A stretch of 48,325 bases of DNA, the filler included, from Sphacelaria rigidula (taxonomy: Eukaryota), in assembly GCA_964200075.2 (NCBI GenBank). It is 2 parts of 2 records of this genome, joined end to end, with 100 filler letters (N's around TTAATTAATTAA, not from the genome) between each part and the next. Parts side by side here need not be neighbours in the genome. Positions count along the whole stretch, not along the records: positions 1 to 24,113 come from CAXNAA020000223.1; 1 more part is not named here. One strand, given 5' to 3'. Made by a program: the position numbers and the translations under genes. How positions within the stretch are numbered: the first letter of the stretch is position 1; every line of letters starts with the position of its first letter. The notes under the pieces were generated by a model, which was given only the letters and a program-made list of their open reading frames with translations, searched no databases and was not told the DNA's origin. This document shows positions 12,001-23,510 of the stretch, piece after piece.

Positions 12001-15000
12001 TGATAGCGTCAATCACGTAAGAAGGGCTACTTCAAAAAAATATGTTGAGAAACGTGCTGTTGAAAAACGGCTTTTTGATAACGGTTCTTTTTATGCATGA
12101 GAAGTAGCCTTCGAATGTGAAAAAGAAAAGATGCGCGGCGATAGAATGTGACAAATACAAGAATTCGCGTGCCGATCATATACTGGGGGCAAGCACACCA
12201 CGTGCCCAAATATTCGCCAGGAGAAATGAGCCGGCGATTCTGCAGTGTATGGTAGCCATGACGGGACGATGAAATATTTTGACGTCTGCGCAGCGTGAGG
12301 ATACCCACTGGATTGACTGTATCCGCATGCACGAGTCTCACAAACTCACCAGGTGCGTTGTACTCTCTGTGCTACACGTAGCACTTCCTTGGCTGCTACG
12401 CCAACTGACGGAGGACTTGCTTAATTGTCTGTAACACAACACATCCCTCACCATACCACATACCACAAGCCAATATATGGAGTCAGGGGGCCGGCTGCCA
12501 GCTCGTGGCTGGTGGATACATGAAAAAACGTTCGGGTATGAGAAAACCTTCAGAGGCCAAATACAGATTTCAGGGCCAAGAAAAGAAGTAGAAGACGAAA
12601 AACAAAAGATGAAGCCACAAAAAAATCGAGGCCGAAGCACGAAACAAAACGGCAAAAAAATGGGGGGAAAAACGCAAAAATATGAAGAAAAAAAAAAGAC
12701 GCGAAAAAAAGAGGAAAGAAGGAGTCTAGGGAGCAAAAGCCTGAGTATCACGGGGCCCGCCCGGGACGAAGAGCTCACAGATAACCTACACGACAGAAAT
12801 GCACGTTTGACGAATGTTTCAACGTTATCGCGCACACCCTATTGTTCGAACCGATTCGTTTCGTGACAACTGCGCGCTCGCAACTCCCTCCAAGTTATCA
12901 CGCGTACGGCGATCGAGGACGCATTGTGCAATGTTGATGATAAAAGCGGCAGTAGGTTTCAACTGAAATAGGGGATTTTTGTAATTTTTCCACACCTTGG
13001 ACAATATATGGTCAATAGTTGCAATAGGCAAGAAACGTACTGCATAAAGTATAGGCCTATTGCGACTATTGTTGGCCGGCAATAGTTGCAATAGGGCTAT
13101 ACTTTATGCAGTACACTTCTCGTCTATCTATTGCATCTATTGACTATATATTGTCCAAGGTGTGAATTTTTCCGTAGGCGTCACTTTTCAATAGTTTTTG
13201 CGCGTGCCACCGCTCATCCCAGCGAACGTTTGATCCCGATGTTCGGGGATCGGGAGATACTAGGCATCTGCTGCACATTCCGAAACAACAAATATCTCTG
13301 CGCTCAATTCCTCAAGTATGCTTCAAGGACCTGCGGAGAGCGGTTCATCTCATATTCGGTGTAAAGGACGTGGTCTACCGATAAAAATGACACGTCTTGT
13401 TTGAATAAATGGGGAGAAGGGGGGCAGAGCCATAGGGTATGACGATTAAAGTATGTGTGGGGTGTGGGGTTTGGTTTGGGTTGTTTGGGATTGTTTTGTT
13501 TTGTTTTTTGACAATGGGAGAACAAGATATTGAACGACTTACGGGCTGACTTGGTCGGGGATGCTTTTGACCGTTTTTGGTCCAAAGCACATTTATTTTG
13601 GCTCACCTCCCACAGATATGGGGAACTCAAAGTAAACAAAAATATCTTCGCGCGGAGCGTGATTATGGACGAGCGTTTGAAAATCGCTACTTGGCAAAAT
13701 CGAGGGCCCACCCGGAATCAGGGAAGGAACCATGGCATGGGACATGTCCTCTATCATTGTGCTGCAGCATAAACACACTTATGCTCTGTCTTGTGTGCTG
13801 TAGCTGTCGCTGCGCTGTGGCGTCTTTACGCCTTTGTGGAGACGGTTTGATCTCCGCTGGGAATGACTGAGTTGCTTTACATGGTCATTCCGCTCGTCTC
13901 CATGTAAAATAATGTCGGCACGCAGTGCTCTCTACACGCTGTTGAAACGTTCATGGTGTGTTGGCTGTCTCGTCTCGAGTCAAACGAAGACGGCGCTCCC
14001 CAAACCCATCATTTTTATGCTGCAGTTGTCGCTGTGCTATTATGTATCTAAACACTCTACAACGATCACGGTGCGATGTGCACTGGAGAGTGCCTGATAG
14101 TTGTACTGCCGCATGCTGTGTTTCGGTCTGCACATAATTGGGATGGGATCAAAGTGCTTTTCAAACGAAGAACTTTCTTTAGGTTGAAACAATTGTCACG
14201 TGACGGCTGTGCAGCTGTGTGTTGCGTCTTCTTTGATACTTCAGTTATAGTCGCGTGTTGTGATCAGGGAAGACACGCAAGACGGGTGCGTGCAGGTGGG
14301 GACAAACAAACTGAGCCAGCACGGAGCTGCTGTATCCTCGTTTATTGACGGCAGCAGCTGTCTGTGTCGCAGCGGCGCAATGTGTGGGCCTATCAAAGCT
14401 ACTTTTCGACTCATATTTCACTCGTTTTTCTCATCTGAGTCAAGGAAGGTCGCCACATTTTGGTGTATTTCAAGACTATGAATGGCCGAAAAACCTTTTC
14501 ATTCATAGTTCTTGCCCCAATCTGTGGGCTCAGTGCCTTTATTTTCGGCTCAGGCGCAATCATTACGTAAAATAAAAAGTAAGATTGTAACATCATTCAC
14601 GAGAACGATCGAGATTGGTTCACCCGCCCCTGTGCTGTGCAGAGCTCGGTTGGACATTCTTCGTAGTAGGGTACTTTCCTGAATTTTCCGTGCAGTATTC
14701 TTCCTTAGCACTCGAAAGTCCCCAAGTCGAAAATATTGCGGAAAGAGGCAGGTCGTGCCCACAATCCTTAATTGGCGATGTCGGGGTGATACGCAGTAAG
14801 TACATTCATCATCAGGCGGGCTGTCGATAGTCACTGGTCCAAAAAACACAGTTTTTCGGCTCTAGCGCCAAGAATAGGTGGCAACTCATCAAACGTTCAC
14901 GAGAACGTTCGGGTTTGTTTCAATCGAGCAAAAATACCCAAGGGTCGAAAACCGGTCAGCCCGCGACTCGTTAAATTTAGAGTGCAGCGATGATTTCGTT

Positions 15001-16971
15001 ACGGAATGTGGAGCGGATGCCTAGTACTTCCCGATCGCCAACATTTGGGATCAAGCGTTCGCTGGGCTAAGCGACGGCATGCGAAAACACTAATGAAAAT
15101 CGACGACTACAAACTAATCCCTATTTCAGCTGTAATATACTGTACCAATGGGAGAAAGCTCCTACCATTAGAAGCTGGACACACGTTGGGAGGGAACGAC
15201 TGTAGAAGCTACGCACCTTGTAGTATCTGGCGGCGCGCCTCTCCTCCGCGAGAGCCTTCTCCGCGACAACCAGCGTACGCAGCTCCAACAGCGTCTCTTT
15301 GCACCGACGAGCTCCGTCCTCTGTCTTCATGGACCACGGCACCGTACTTAGTACCGTCATGATGTCTGAAACCATGGACAAGGAGTCCGCCACCTTCAGT
15401 CTGCTTCGCTCTCTCGCAGCCTCAATCCCACACCGCGGCGGCGGTGGCAGCGGCAGCGGCGGCAGTCCCTGCCTTCCTTCCACCATCGCGTTGCCGTCAC
15501 CTTGCGAAGAATCATCGCCACTCCTCCCGCCCCCGGGGCCGGTGCCGAGAGGACATAATCGCGAGCTTAATCTGGCAACCTCAGGGGATCCAACAGCGTT
15601 AGCCTCATCTCTCGTCCTCGATGATGTTGGCACCCGTGACGCGTAACCAGGTGACGTTGGTGCTGCCGCTGCTGAGGCGTCGACATTGGCGGCTCGGCCG
15701 CCGCTGGTGTCTCGAGGCGCCGGAATCCTCGTGGATGTTTGCTTGCTGCCCAATGCATCCATGATGGTACGGTAAGCCAGCACGTCCGCGATTGGCCGAG
15801 GGGTGGGCACCCCGCGAACCCTGAGCTTCTCATAGCACTCTCGGGCGACTTGGATACGAGCGGGGTAGTCCGGCCGGCCAGCGACATTCGAGCATAGCGC
15901 CAGCAGCAGGTGGGCCTTCGCCACGTGGGGATTGACGACGGGGCGCCCCGACGGCTCCAACAGACGCAGCGACGCCTCCGCAACCGATGCGTACTCCTCA
16001 ACACTGGTAGGAAGTTGTCCCAGCAGCAGCGCTCCCAACGCCATCGCAGAAAATATTGTGCTATTTATCGCGTAGTCTTCCCGGCTTACTGCCCGCCTTG
16101 CCGCCACCGTCGCCTGAGCCGGACGAGCAACCAACGAACCACCTCTTTTCGACTGTCCATCGCCGCTGCCGCCGCCAAGAGCGTCGACTTCTCGCGCGGC
16201 CCGCTTAGACGCCGATGGGACCGGAGGGTAATCCATTGTTGATGACATGCTGCTCAGGGTGGCCGCGTCAATTTTGCCCGACATGAGGTTAATCAGACCT
16301 GCCCGCACCACGGTGTCGTCTACTATACTATACAGCGAGGAAAAGTCCTTAATGAAACACGTTAAGAACTGATTCTGTACGAGCCCCACCAGCCCCGTTG
16401 CGGGCGATGGCGACAAACAGGCTCGCTTTAATTTCAGAGGCGTCTTTTTGTTTCCCGCGGCCGTTCGTGAGGACGTCTTGTGTGCTGACCGCAGCCCGGT
16501 GGCGGCATCGCCGCCGGCGCCGCCGGCCGCCTCCTTGTCCTTGGTTCGTTTGCGGCCCCCACCGCCCGAGCCGCCACCCACCCTGTTCTGTGCCGAGGCA
16601 TCTCGTCCGACAGTTGTCGCTTGGGTTTTGCCGCCCCTGGTGCCGGGGTCGGCAACAGTGGAAGATTTCCCCAATCCTTCGCCGGAATGCGTGGACTTCT
16701 GCCGCCGCTTGGTCACGCTGCTACTAGCGTCACTATTTTCAATGTTACTACTGCTGGTGTTGTTGCGGGAGGCGGCTGGTGCGGAATTTGCATCAGTGGC
16801 GGGGGCGGGGGATGAAGCTGCGTTGTTCCGCGGTCGCCCGAGCGTGCGGCATGTTGCGTATTGACACGCCAGACCGGACTTGGTGCACCGCTGGCAGGGT
16901 TCCTGGCCGTCGCAGCGTTCTTTTTTCGCTGAGCAGCGGTTGCAGCTTCTTCGTCGCCCGCCTGATCGAGC
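3835..16971 (-). CDS. Zn(II)2Cys6 (GAL4-like zinc cluster) transcription factor, multi-exon, 5' exon(s) not located
   Basis: Exons 16971-15217, 7794-7522, 6483-6337 and 6057-3835 each have a length divisible by 3 and AG/GT boundaries (all phase 0), joining into one open frame of ~1,465 codons. It contains the canonical C-x2-C-x6-C-x5-C-x2-C-x6-C motif. The link across the 7.4-kb intron is inferred. Confidence 0.7.
6337..6483 (-). CDS. Internal exon of the Zn2Cys6 TF (EMPPSEAMAV...CPGLAR)
   Basis: Acceptor ctttcag|GAG, donor AGG|GTGAGA, 147 bp, phase 0. Confidence 0.7.
6895..6970 (+). other. Degenerate tRNA-like / SINE-head-like sequence
   Basis: A-box-like TGGTCCAA, B-box-like GAGTTCGGATCCC, then a T7 run. 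The stems pair poorly. Confidence 0.25.
7076..7377. repeat. ~300-bp imperfect hairpin in a TF intron
   Basis: The left arm CCTTGGAATGCCTTGCTGCACTC...ACCGGTCAAGTCCATACAA pairs with the right arm TTGTGTGGACTTGACCGGT...GAGTGCAGCAAGGGATTCCCAAGG. The loop is near 7223-7232. Confidence 0.85.
7522..7794 (-). CDS. Probable internal exon of the Zn2Cys6 TF (MFTLRYVAAVLEICALEG...SSVVT)
   Basis: Acceptor gatag|ATG, donor ACA|GTATGT, 273 bp. It is the only open frame here and is phase 0. Confidence 0.55.
7913..7990 (+). pseudogene. tRNA-Pro(UGG)-like remnant or SINE head
   Basis: GGTCCAAGGGTCAGACT...TTTGGGTGC...GAGTTCGATC resembles the eukaryotic tRNA-Pro pattern (GGTCTAGGGGTATGATT...TTTGGGTGC...GGTTC). 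There is no intact acceptor stem. Confidence 0.35.
8133..10061. mobile_element. Non-autonomous DNA transposon with CACACTCTGGAC TIRs and internal degenerate ~39-bp repeats
   Basis: TIRs are CACACTCTGGACGATGGAC and GTCTATTGTCCAGAGTGTG. The 8-bp flanks GAAAAAAC and GGAAAAAC match 7/8. Arrays of (ATCGATAGCC..GCCGTCATCAATAGATTT)-type units lie at ~8345-8640 and ~9705-9860. Confidence 0.7.
10380..11760 (+). repeat. Degenerate ~230-bp tandem repeat interrupted by an insertion
   Basis: 10446-10590 matches 10675-10815, and 10580-10670 matches 11665-11760. Confidence 0.65.
10816..11661. mobile_element. Putative short-TIR insertion (ATGCCCGTGA...TCACGGGCAT)
   Basis: It has a 10-bp perfect terminal inverted repeat, and it splits one unit of the surrounding tandem repeat. 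Confidence 0.5.
12991..13164. mobile_element. 174-bp palindromic MITE with perfect 8-bp TSD
   Basis: TIRs are CACACCTTGGACAATATAT and ATATATTGTCCAAGGTGTG. The TSD AATTTTTC is at 12983-12990 and 13165-13172. The element folds as a near-complete hairpin. Confidence 0.9.
13601..14155 (+). repeat. ~560-bp dispersed repeat, copy 1
   Basis: It is the diverged reverse complement of 21857-22422 along its full length. Confidence 0.85.
15217..16971 (-). CDS. Zn2Cys6 TF exon with DNA-binding domain
   Basis: Acceptor ggtgcag|GCT, donor AAG|GTGCGT. CNRCSAKKERCDGQEPCQRCTKSGLAC lies at 16864-16944, followed by the basic linker GRPR and a helical middle region. Confidence 0.9.
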
Positions 16972-17194
16972 CTGCACCGAAATCGCGCGATGAGAAGTTG
17001 GTGAAAAAAAAAATGGCGTTGATATTGATGTGATCGCATGAGACATGGTATACGATCAGACACGTTAGACCAGCTAACGCCTGACTTACAAGTGCAAGAT
17101 AGAGCACTGCGAGTTAAAACTTAGCACTTCGATTGAAAGCGATACTTCCAGGTTTTTCGGTTGTTACGACTTACAATGGTTTCCAAGGCTGTGT

Positions 17195-17515
17195 TATGCA
17201 GGGTGCGGGTATGCTCGGCAGGGTATAAGATTTCTTACAGAACTTATTCAACTGTCGGGTACCAAATTTATACAACTGTCGGGTACCGATATGGAAGTCA
17301 AGAACTTACACAACCCGTCGGGTCCGGTATTGAGGTTGTACAGAAACCCGTGCCCACAATCGGGTGTTTCTACAAGGGTATACCCGTAACCCGGGTAGAG
17401 ATGAACGTTTCTTACAGAACATCTAGAACTGTCTGGTACCGGTGTGAGAGACTTACAGAACTCACGGAACTTTAGAGTACCGGCATGAAAAATCATACAA
17501 GTCACAGAAGCGCCG
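17195..17515 (+). repeat. Degenerate minisatellite (TTACAGAACT..GTCGGGTACCGGTAT units)
   Basis: ACAGAACT/ACAACT and GGGTACC/GGGTAT motifs recur at irregular spacing of roughly 30-50 bp. Confidence 0.7.
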
Positions 17516-18789
17516 GAGAACTGTGTTTCTTCATCATTTATGGTCAGTAACACTCCCTCGATAAACAGGATTTTACTCCGTGTGGTTCCCACAACACAAA
17601 GTTAGGAAGTGCGTCCTGAGCACGATCTCTTCATTTTTCTAACGCCTAGCAAATCTCGAAATTTCGAGTGAAGGCGACAATCATCTGCGAAAAATCCTGA
17701 GTGAGTGAACACGGCATTTAAACTTGTAGCTCTACTACTGTCACCTCCAACGCGAGCAATTTAGGTCACCATCTAAATCATGCGCGAGCCACAACGCCGT
17801 AGCGCTACGAAAACGTGGCTTCGGCGTATTCGATTCAAATGCGTTGCTCCTAACATGAAGATCCGATAAGAATGGCGCTTCCAGAGGATAACTTAAAGAG
17901 ACTGACGCGAATGTACGGCAGCCGTTTGAAGAAAATATAGCACGTGCCCTGCACCTTGTGCCCGTGGATAGGCAACAGCCTAAAGAGAGGTTTCCCCCTT
18001 TGAATGCCCACATCCCTATTGGGATGCCACACGGACAAGCACAGACAGGGGTTGAGGGGGAAAAAAAGAGGAGGAATAACGCCTGGATAGAGAAGGTCGT
18101 TGCCATGCATTTACCACGAGTCGTACTTACTCGGGGACAAGCAGCATATTGCCATCCATCCAAGGAAGGCAAACAAAGCGTTGATCGCACCAGCATGCCA
18201 TCTACGAAGATATCAATACACCCGTCAGCACCACGCATGAGAAGAAGAAAAAAAAGTGAAAATCGCGCGCCCTCTCCCGTCGACCATGGCAAAGGAGTGC
18301 TGCGCGCCGGATGACTACAGCATCTACTCGCGGGACTGTCAGGGATCAAAATTTCAAGACAAAGCATAGGCGTGTAATCCCTAGACTGCGAGGGTAGGTC
18401 ACCTGCTGAATCAGCATCAATGTTCACTTGAAAAAATGATGAGTGATTCAGACAAACCCGCGTCGAAGGGTTGAAGCTCAATGTTGCCAGCATCGTGAAA
18501 AGGGGTGGGGGGGGGGGCACCTAAGGTCTCATATCGGTCGACCATGAACGTGACATGAAAATACCCGAGACACTGCACTTTTCTTGTCCAGCTGTAGTTT
18601 CGTTCAGAGGCCATTCTTGAAACCTCGGAGCCAAGCGAATCGGAGAAGTGGGCTGGGCTCCTCTAGGTGGGGTGATGCAAAGTGTCCACGACGTGTGATG
18701 ACGATATTCCCGTTTAGGAGCCAAACCCACGTCAAGAGTCCCGAATGTGGGAAATACCCCCAAAATAAAACACCGACCGTAAGAAAGGG

Positions 18790-20395
18790 TCTTAAAGCCA
18801 AACAGCACCGCAGGCCACAACGGGCTCGCAGAACATGCCCTGTTGTCCAATAATGGGATCTGTGCACCCCTCACCATCCACTATGTATACCTTTTTGCCT
18901 TATACTCTCTTCCTCTCCATATATTCACCCACTTTGGTCCACACCATACACACGTTTTACCGCCCTCGGCCCTCTGCCGCTCACCGCACCGCAAAAAACC
19001 GAACGGCCGAAGAACGTCTTTACCGCTCCTCCTACCTCCTCCTGCGGCCTTGACACTGGAGATCCCGCCGCCTCACCCCGCGAAAACGAGATCCCCGCGG
19101 GGCAATTGACACACTGCACGACCGTTGCGCGCGCGCGCAAACGGCACAACTAGTTGCCAGATTGTGGGACCCCATTCAAATGGTCAATAAAAAGTCGTCA
19201 AATTGTGGAACACAACGGCTGAACCCCTCCACAGCTTCCTCATCATTCAACGGCGCGGCGCGCAAGCATGCCGAGCCGCTTGGGCACCTTGGTACCTTGC
19301 CCGTACAGGGCGCTCGCAATGTACAAAACACTTGTAGGAATAGTGAGAGGTGCACGTATGAATGGTGGAGCGACGGGAAGACGAGCGAGCCAGACAAGGT
19401 ACCACGCAAACCTTTCGGGGGGCCTAGGGGCGTGTGAAGATTCAATTGGGAATCGCGAAGAAATTAGGTGTTGCCGTATTCGTTTGAAGGTTCCTGAACG
19501 TTCCGACACATGAACGGCCGCCTGGATTGTTCGCGACAATTATTGCGCAGTTTTGACGAAGACATGAGAAGCAAAAAAAAAAAAAAGCGCGAGCAAAGCA
19601 GCTTTTCTGCCCACAATGACCGCTTTGGATCCTACACAATGAACGCAAAACAGTTTCTTAGAAGAGTGGAGTTTCTTTCGGCGTTGGGCGCCGTGGGAAA
19701 CAAGTCTTGAAATCTCCACGGGCGTGACTGAAGCACATGAATGAAACACAACCCATGCGGAGCAAGCATGCATAGGCACCCATAGCAGAAGTGCATCACG
19801 CCTAGTGCTACCTCTTGCTCATCTACACACCGTGTTATTTGTTTCACGACAATCCAGTCGGTGTTGGAAAATGGCCAGCCGTACATTTTCCACAAACATT
19901 ACTCACGACGGAGTCGGTGGCTGTTCGTGGGTGTGTTGTACGTCGCCCGTCACAGAAATCACAGGCAACAAAGTTTGAACCTATTCACCCCGACACTGTT
20001 TGAATTTTGTTCCACAATTTGGCAACTTGTGCCGTTTGCGCGCGCGTGCAACAGTCGTGCAGTGTGTCAATCACCCCCCAGGGGTCTCGTCTTCGTGCGG
20101 TGGAAAAGACCGGCGGCGGGGTCTCCAGTCTCCAGGCTGCAGGAGGAAGTAAAAAAACGTTAGAGACGCCCGTCCGCCGGCCGTTCGAATTTTTGCCGTG
20201 CGGTGGGTTGGACGGTGGCTGCGGAATGCCGATGGTGGTGAAATGTGCGTACAGTTTGGACCAAAGTGAACACATGGACAGGAAGGGGTGTAAGATGAAC
20301 ATCGTAGGTGACGGGGTTGCGCCGACCCCATTATCGAACAAAAAAGGGTATTCTGCAAGGCCCTGGCGCACCGCGATACCGCTTGGCCCTAAATC
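18790..20395. mobile_element. Element bounded by ~390-bp diverged inverted repeats
   Basis: 18790-19180 is the reverse complement of ~19998-20395 (e.g. TTGACACACTGCACGAC versus GTCGTGCAGTGTGTCAA). No TSD identified. Confidence 0.65.
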
Positions 20396-20794
20396 GTGCT
20401 TTGTTCTCGGCGCAAATTGGTGTGCATGCCTTGCATGGGCTGCGGGCATGTCGCCCTTGCGTCGGCAGCTCCAACTTTCGCGTTCGTCACCATTCTCTTT
20501 TGGTCAAAGGGAGGAGAGTACACCCATGTTCGTCTACTTCCTTCGTTTTACTTTGTTCCATGAACAAAGGGCAAAATAAAAATCGACTTCGAAAAAAACG
20601 TCCACAACTCATGAAAAAAATATCCCAAATGGCTGTTTTCTCATTGTCTGCTATACTCCATACCAAATTTCAAACGCAACCTTCAAAACTGAGCAATCAA
20701 ACTCAGATTCGGTGTATTTAGCGCCTTTCCTGGTAATATCATGAATTGGTATCGGATCTTATGCGCGCCATATCTCTCGATAGATAATGAACTA

Positions 20795-23510
20795 GGTGAA
20801 GGTGAGGAAATCGCTCGTTTCTCCGTGCTACAAGGAATGTTCCTCACCAAAAATCCGCGTTTCGCTCGGTTTGGTCTTTTAATAGTAGATGTTATCGGCC
20901 AACAGGCGTGACGTGTAACGTGTAACCGTCCTCCCGGCAACACACACCACACCAGCCACCTCGCTGTTCGCGGAAACACCAGAGCACACGCCGAGAACGT
21001 GGCGAATCAACGGGTGATGATGTGGCAGTGGTGTTCTTTTGGAGTTAGCACAGCAACATATGCAAAACGAAATAGTATGTTGAGCACAACTTGACACAGA
21101 CAGCGACTGACGTGATGTGTATCCGGTTTGCACAGAAGTTGTTGTAGACCAGGAGAGTCATTTTGATCTCAAGTAATATATCACACGGGCATAAACAACG
21201 TACTTTATACTTGTGGCCTGTCTTTGCTGCCTGCTTGATCCCTCTTGTATTGCCAACATAGCTTCATACTGTAGTGTTGTTGTGGAACACCAAGCAGGGA
21301 CACCAGTAGCTTGCAGTCGACTGTGTTCAGTGCAGAACGATGCACGCTCACTGTTCCTTGCCGCTGAGTCTAGCGAAGATATACAACATACAAGAATCTG
21401 ATACATACGGACTTTGTCCGCACCTGAGTGCGGGTGGGTGTAAACTCGTGAGGGGTTCTCCGGTAGTATTTTCTCTATATTTGCGGAGCATCCAGGTAAA
21501 CTCTAGGTAACAGACACTAGGTCGTGGTGTAAAATGTACGTGTTGAGCGCTGTGGTGCTGGGGTGTGTACCCGACGAGGATATGCTGCGAAAGTTCTTCC
21601 TAAAAAAGTCTGGAGCAGGACTGTTTGGCTCTTCGCAAGCTAGTTTTCGTGTGACAGAGTGCTGTTCGTTTGATGACAACGCATTCGATGTAGGAAGAGG
21701 GCCGGCCGTGGTTGTGTATCAAACCTTGCTCAAGATGGAGCCGTCCACCGTGACGTGGTCGACAAGACCAGTCTGGCCTGGCCCACCCAAGATCAGAATA
21801 TCCGTGTCAACACCCAAATCAAGTACGATTCCTTCGAAGGGGGGTAAATACTAAATACTTTGATCCCACCCAAATTCAGTGCAGACCGAAACACGGCATG
21901 CAGAACTACAACTGTTCAGGCACTCTCCAGCGCACATCGCACCGTGATCGTCATAAAGTGTTTACGTGCACAACAGCAAAGCGACAACTACAGCACAGAA
22001 AGAATGGGTTTGGGGAGCGCCTTCTTCGTTTGACTCGAGACGCAATGGCCAACACACCATGAAGGTTCTAGCAATAGTGTGCCGAGGGCACTGCGTGTCC
22101 ACAACATTATTTTTCCAAGAGACAAACGCCATGACAGTAATAAAGCAACTCAGGCAGTCAGTCCCAGCGGAGATCACACCGTCTTCAGAAAGGCCTGGAA
22201 ACACCACAGCGCAGCGACAGCTGCAGCACAAAAGACGGTGCATGAGTGTGTTTGTACTGCAGCACAGTGATACAGGACATGTCCCATGCGATTGTTCTTC
22301 TCCTGATTTCGGATGGGCTCGATTTTGGCCGAGTGGCGATTTTCAAACGCAGGGCCATAATCGCGCTTCGCGTAAAAATGATTTCCTTCACTCTGACTCA
22401 TCCCCATCTGTGGGAGGTGAGCCGATAATTAGCTGACTGGAGGACAGCCAACAGTACTGACTGTACACAACAACGATTCGGACGAACACCGTAAAACCGC
22501 AGTGTGTCAACACAGCGGCGATTGATTGATTTTGGATCCCCAAAGCGCTTACAGAGACATGAGGCTACATACCAAGTTTGCTGACTACTTCTGAGGCTTG
22601 AGCAACTCCCGAGGTCACGACCGTGACAACGACACCCTGGGCAACAGCCTGCATCGGGAAAAAAGGGTACTGCGTACTGGAGCAACAGCCTCTCAGCTCC
22701 TGCACTGTAGGCAGTACACTTCTACGCATGTAGTCTACTGTTGTCGAGGGTGCGCCCTGACCTCGTGATATGCTTTCCTTGGCCAACTTTCGGGGGCGAT
22801 TACAGCTGATCCGCGCCGTTTCCTGCTCTCGGCATGGGTTCAAGTGTCACTCGCTATGCACCTACCAACTCTCCAACACTGTCAAGCACGACGGGGCACA
22901 CACTGCTCGGGAGGCCGACCTTGGGCAGCTCTGTCCAACGTCTTCAGCAAGTACTAATACGACTCTATACGACTGCCTGAAAATCTAGCGGCGTATGAAA
23001 TCAGACACCCCTAGATCTTCGACATTTTGTCACCGACGAAGTCAGAGAAATCGAAAAGTATGAAAAACAACGTCTCCTCCTGTATCGCATGCTTGCTCCC
23101 TTCTCCTGCTCTGAACTTCCGTGCAAGCCGGATACACGTCGCGTTTGTTTCACGTTGTTCGTGCTACTCGCTGTCTGTGTCAAGTTATGCATATGCCGCT
23201 GTGCTGACTTCATGAGAACACCACTGTCACACTAACCGTTCTCGGCGTGTGGTCCGGTGTGCGCCCTACGCGCTATGATGGAGCTGGTGTGGTATGTGCC
23301 GGGGGGACGGGAAACCCTCTGCGCCTGTCGGCCAATAGAATTTACGTCTCAAAGACCAAACCGAGGGAAAACCAAAACGGTATTTTGCTGCGGATTTTGG
23401 GGGTAAATCTGCTTCCCAAAACACCGTAATGGTTAAGATGGAGCGGACATGGGATTGTCGGCCAATAGAGAAGACCGAGCCCAACACTCAAATTTGGTCT
23501 TCACGTCACC
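20795..23510. mobile_element. Element bounded by ~300-400-bp diverged inverted repeats
   Basis: ~20860-21157 mirrors ~23100-23365 (CTCGGTTTGGTCTTT versus AAAGACCAAACCGAG; CTTGACACAGACAGCGA versus TCGCTGTCTGTGTCAAG). The outer limits are approximate. Confidence 0.55.
21857..22422 (-). repeat. ~560-bp dispersed repeat, copy 2 (inverted)
   Basis: ACTTTGATCCC...ATCTGTGGGAGGTGAGC mirrors 13601-14155. Confidence 0.85.

Noticed and set aside
12338..12866. Phe-rich / Lys-rich overlapping ORFs
   Set aside because: They are products of an A-rich low-complexity tract and have no domain features.
16972..17046. MSHAITSISTPFFFSP as the TF N-terminus
   Set aside because: It overlaps a polypyrimidine tract and AG acceptor, so it is probably intron. 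A start here cannot be fully excluded.
17741..18520. 259-aa minus-strand ORF
   Set aside because: It has no recognisable motif and a non-ATG start. It may hide a small 5' TF exon, but I could not support one.
21500..22990. Transposase remnant inside the 20.8-23.5 kb element
   Set aside because: The frames are interrupted by stops and I recognised no catalytic motif by eye.
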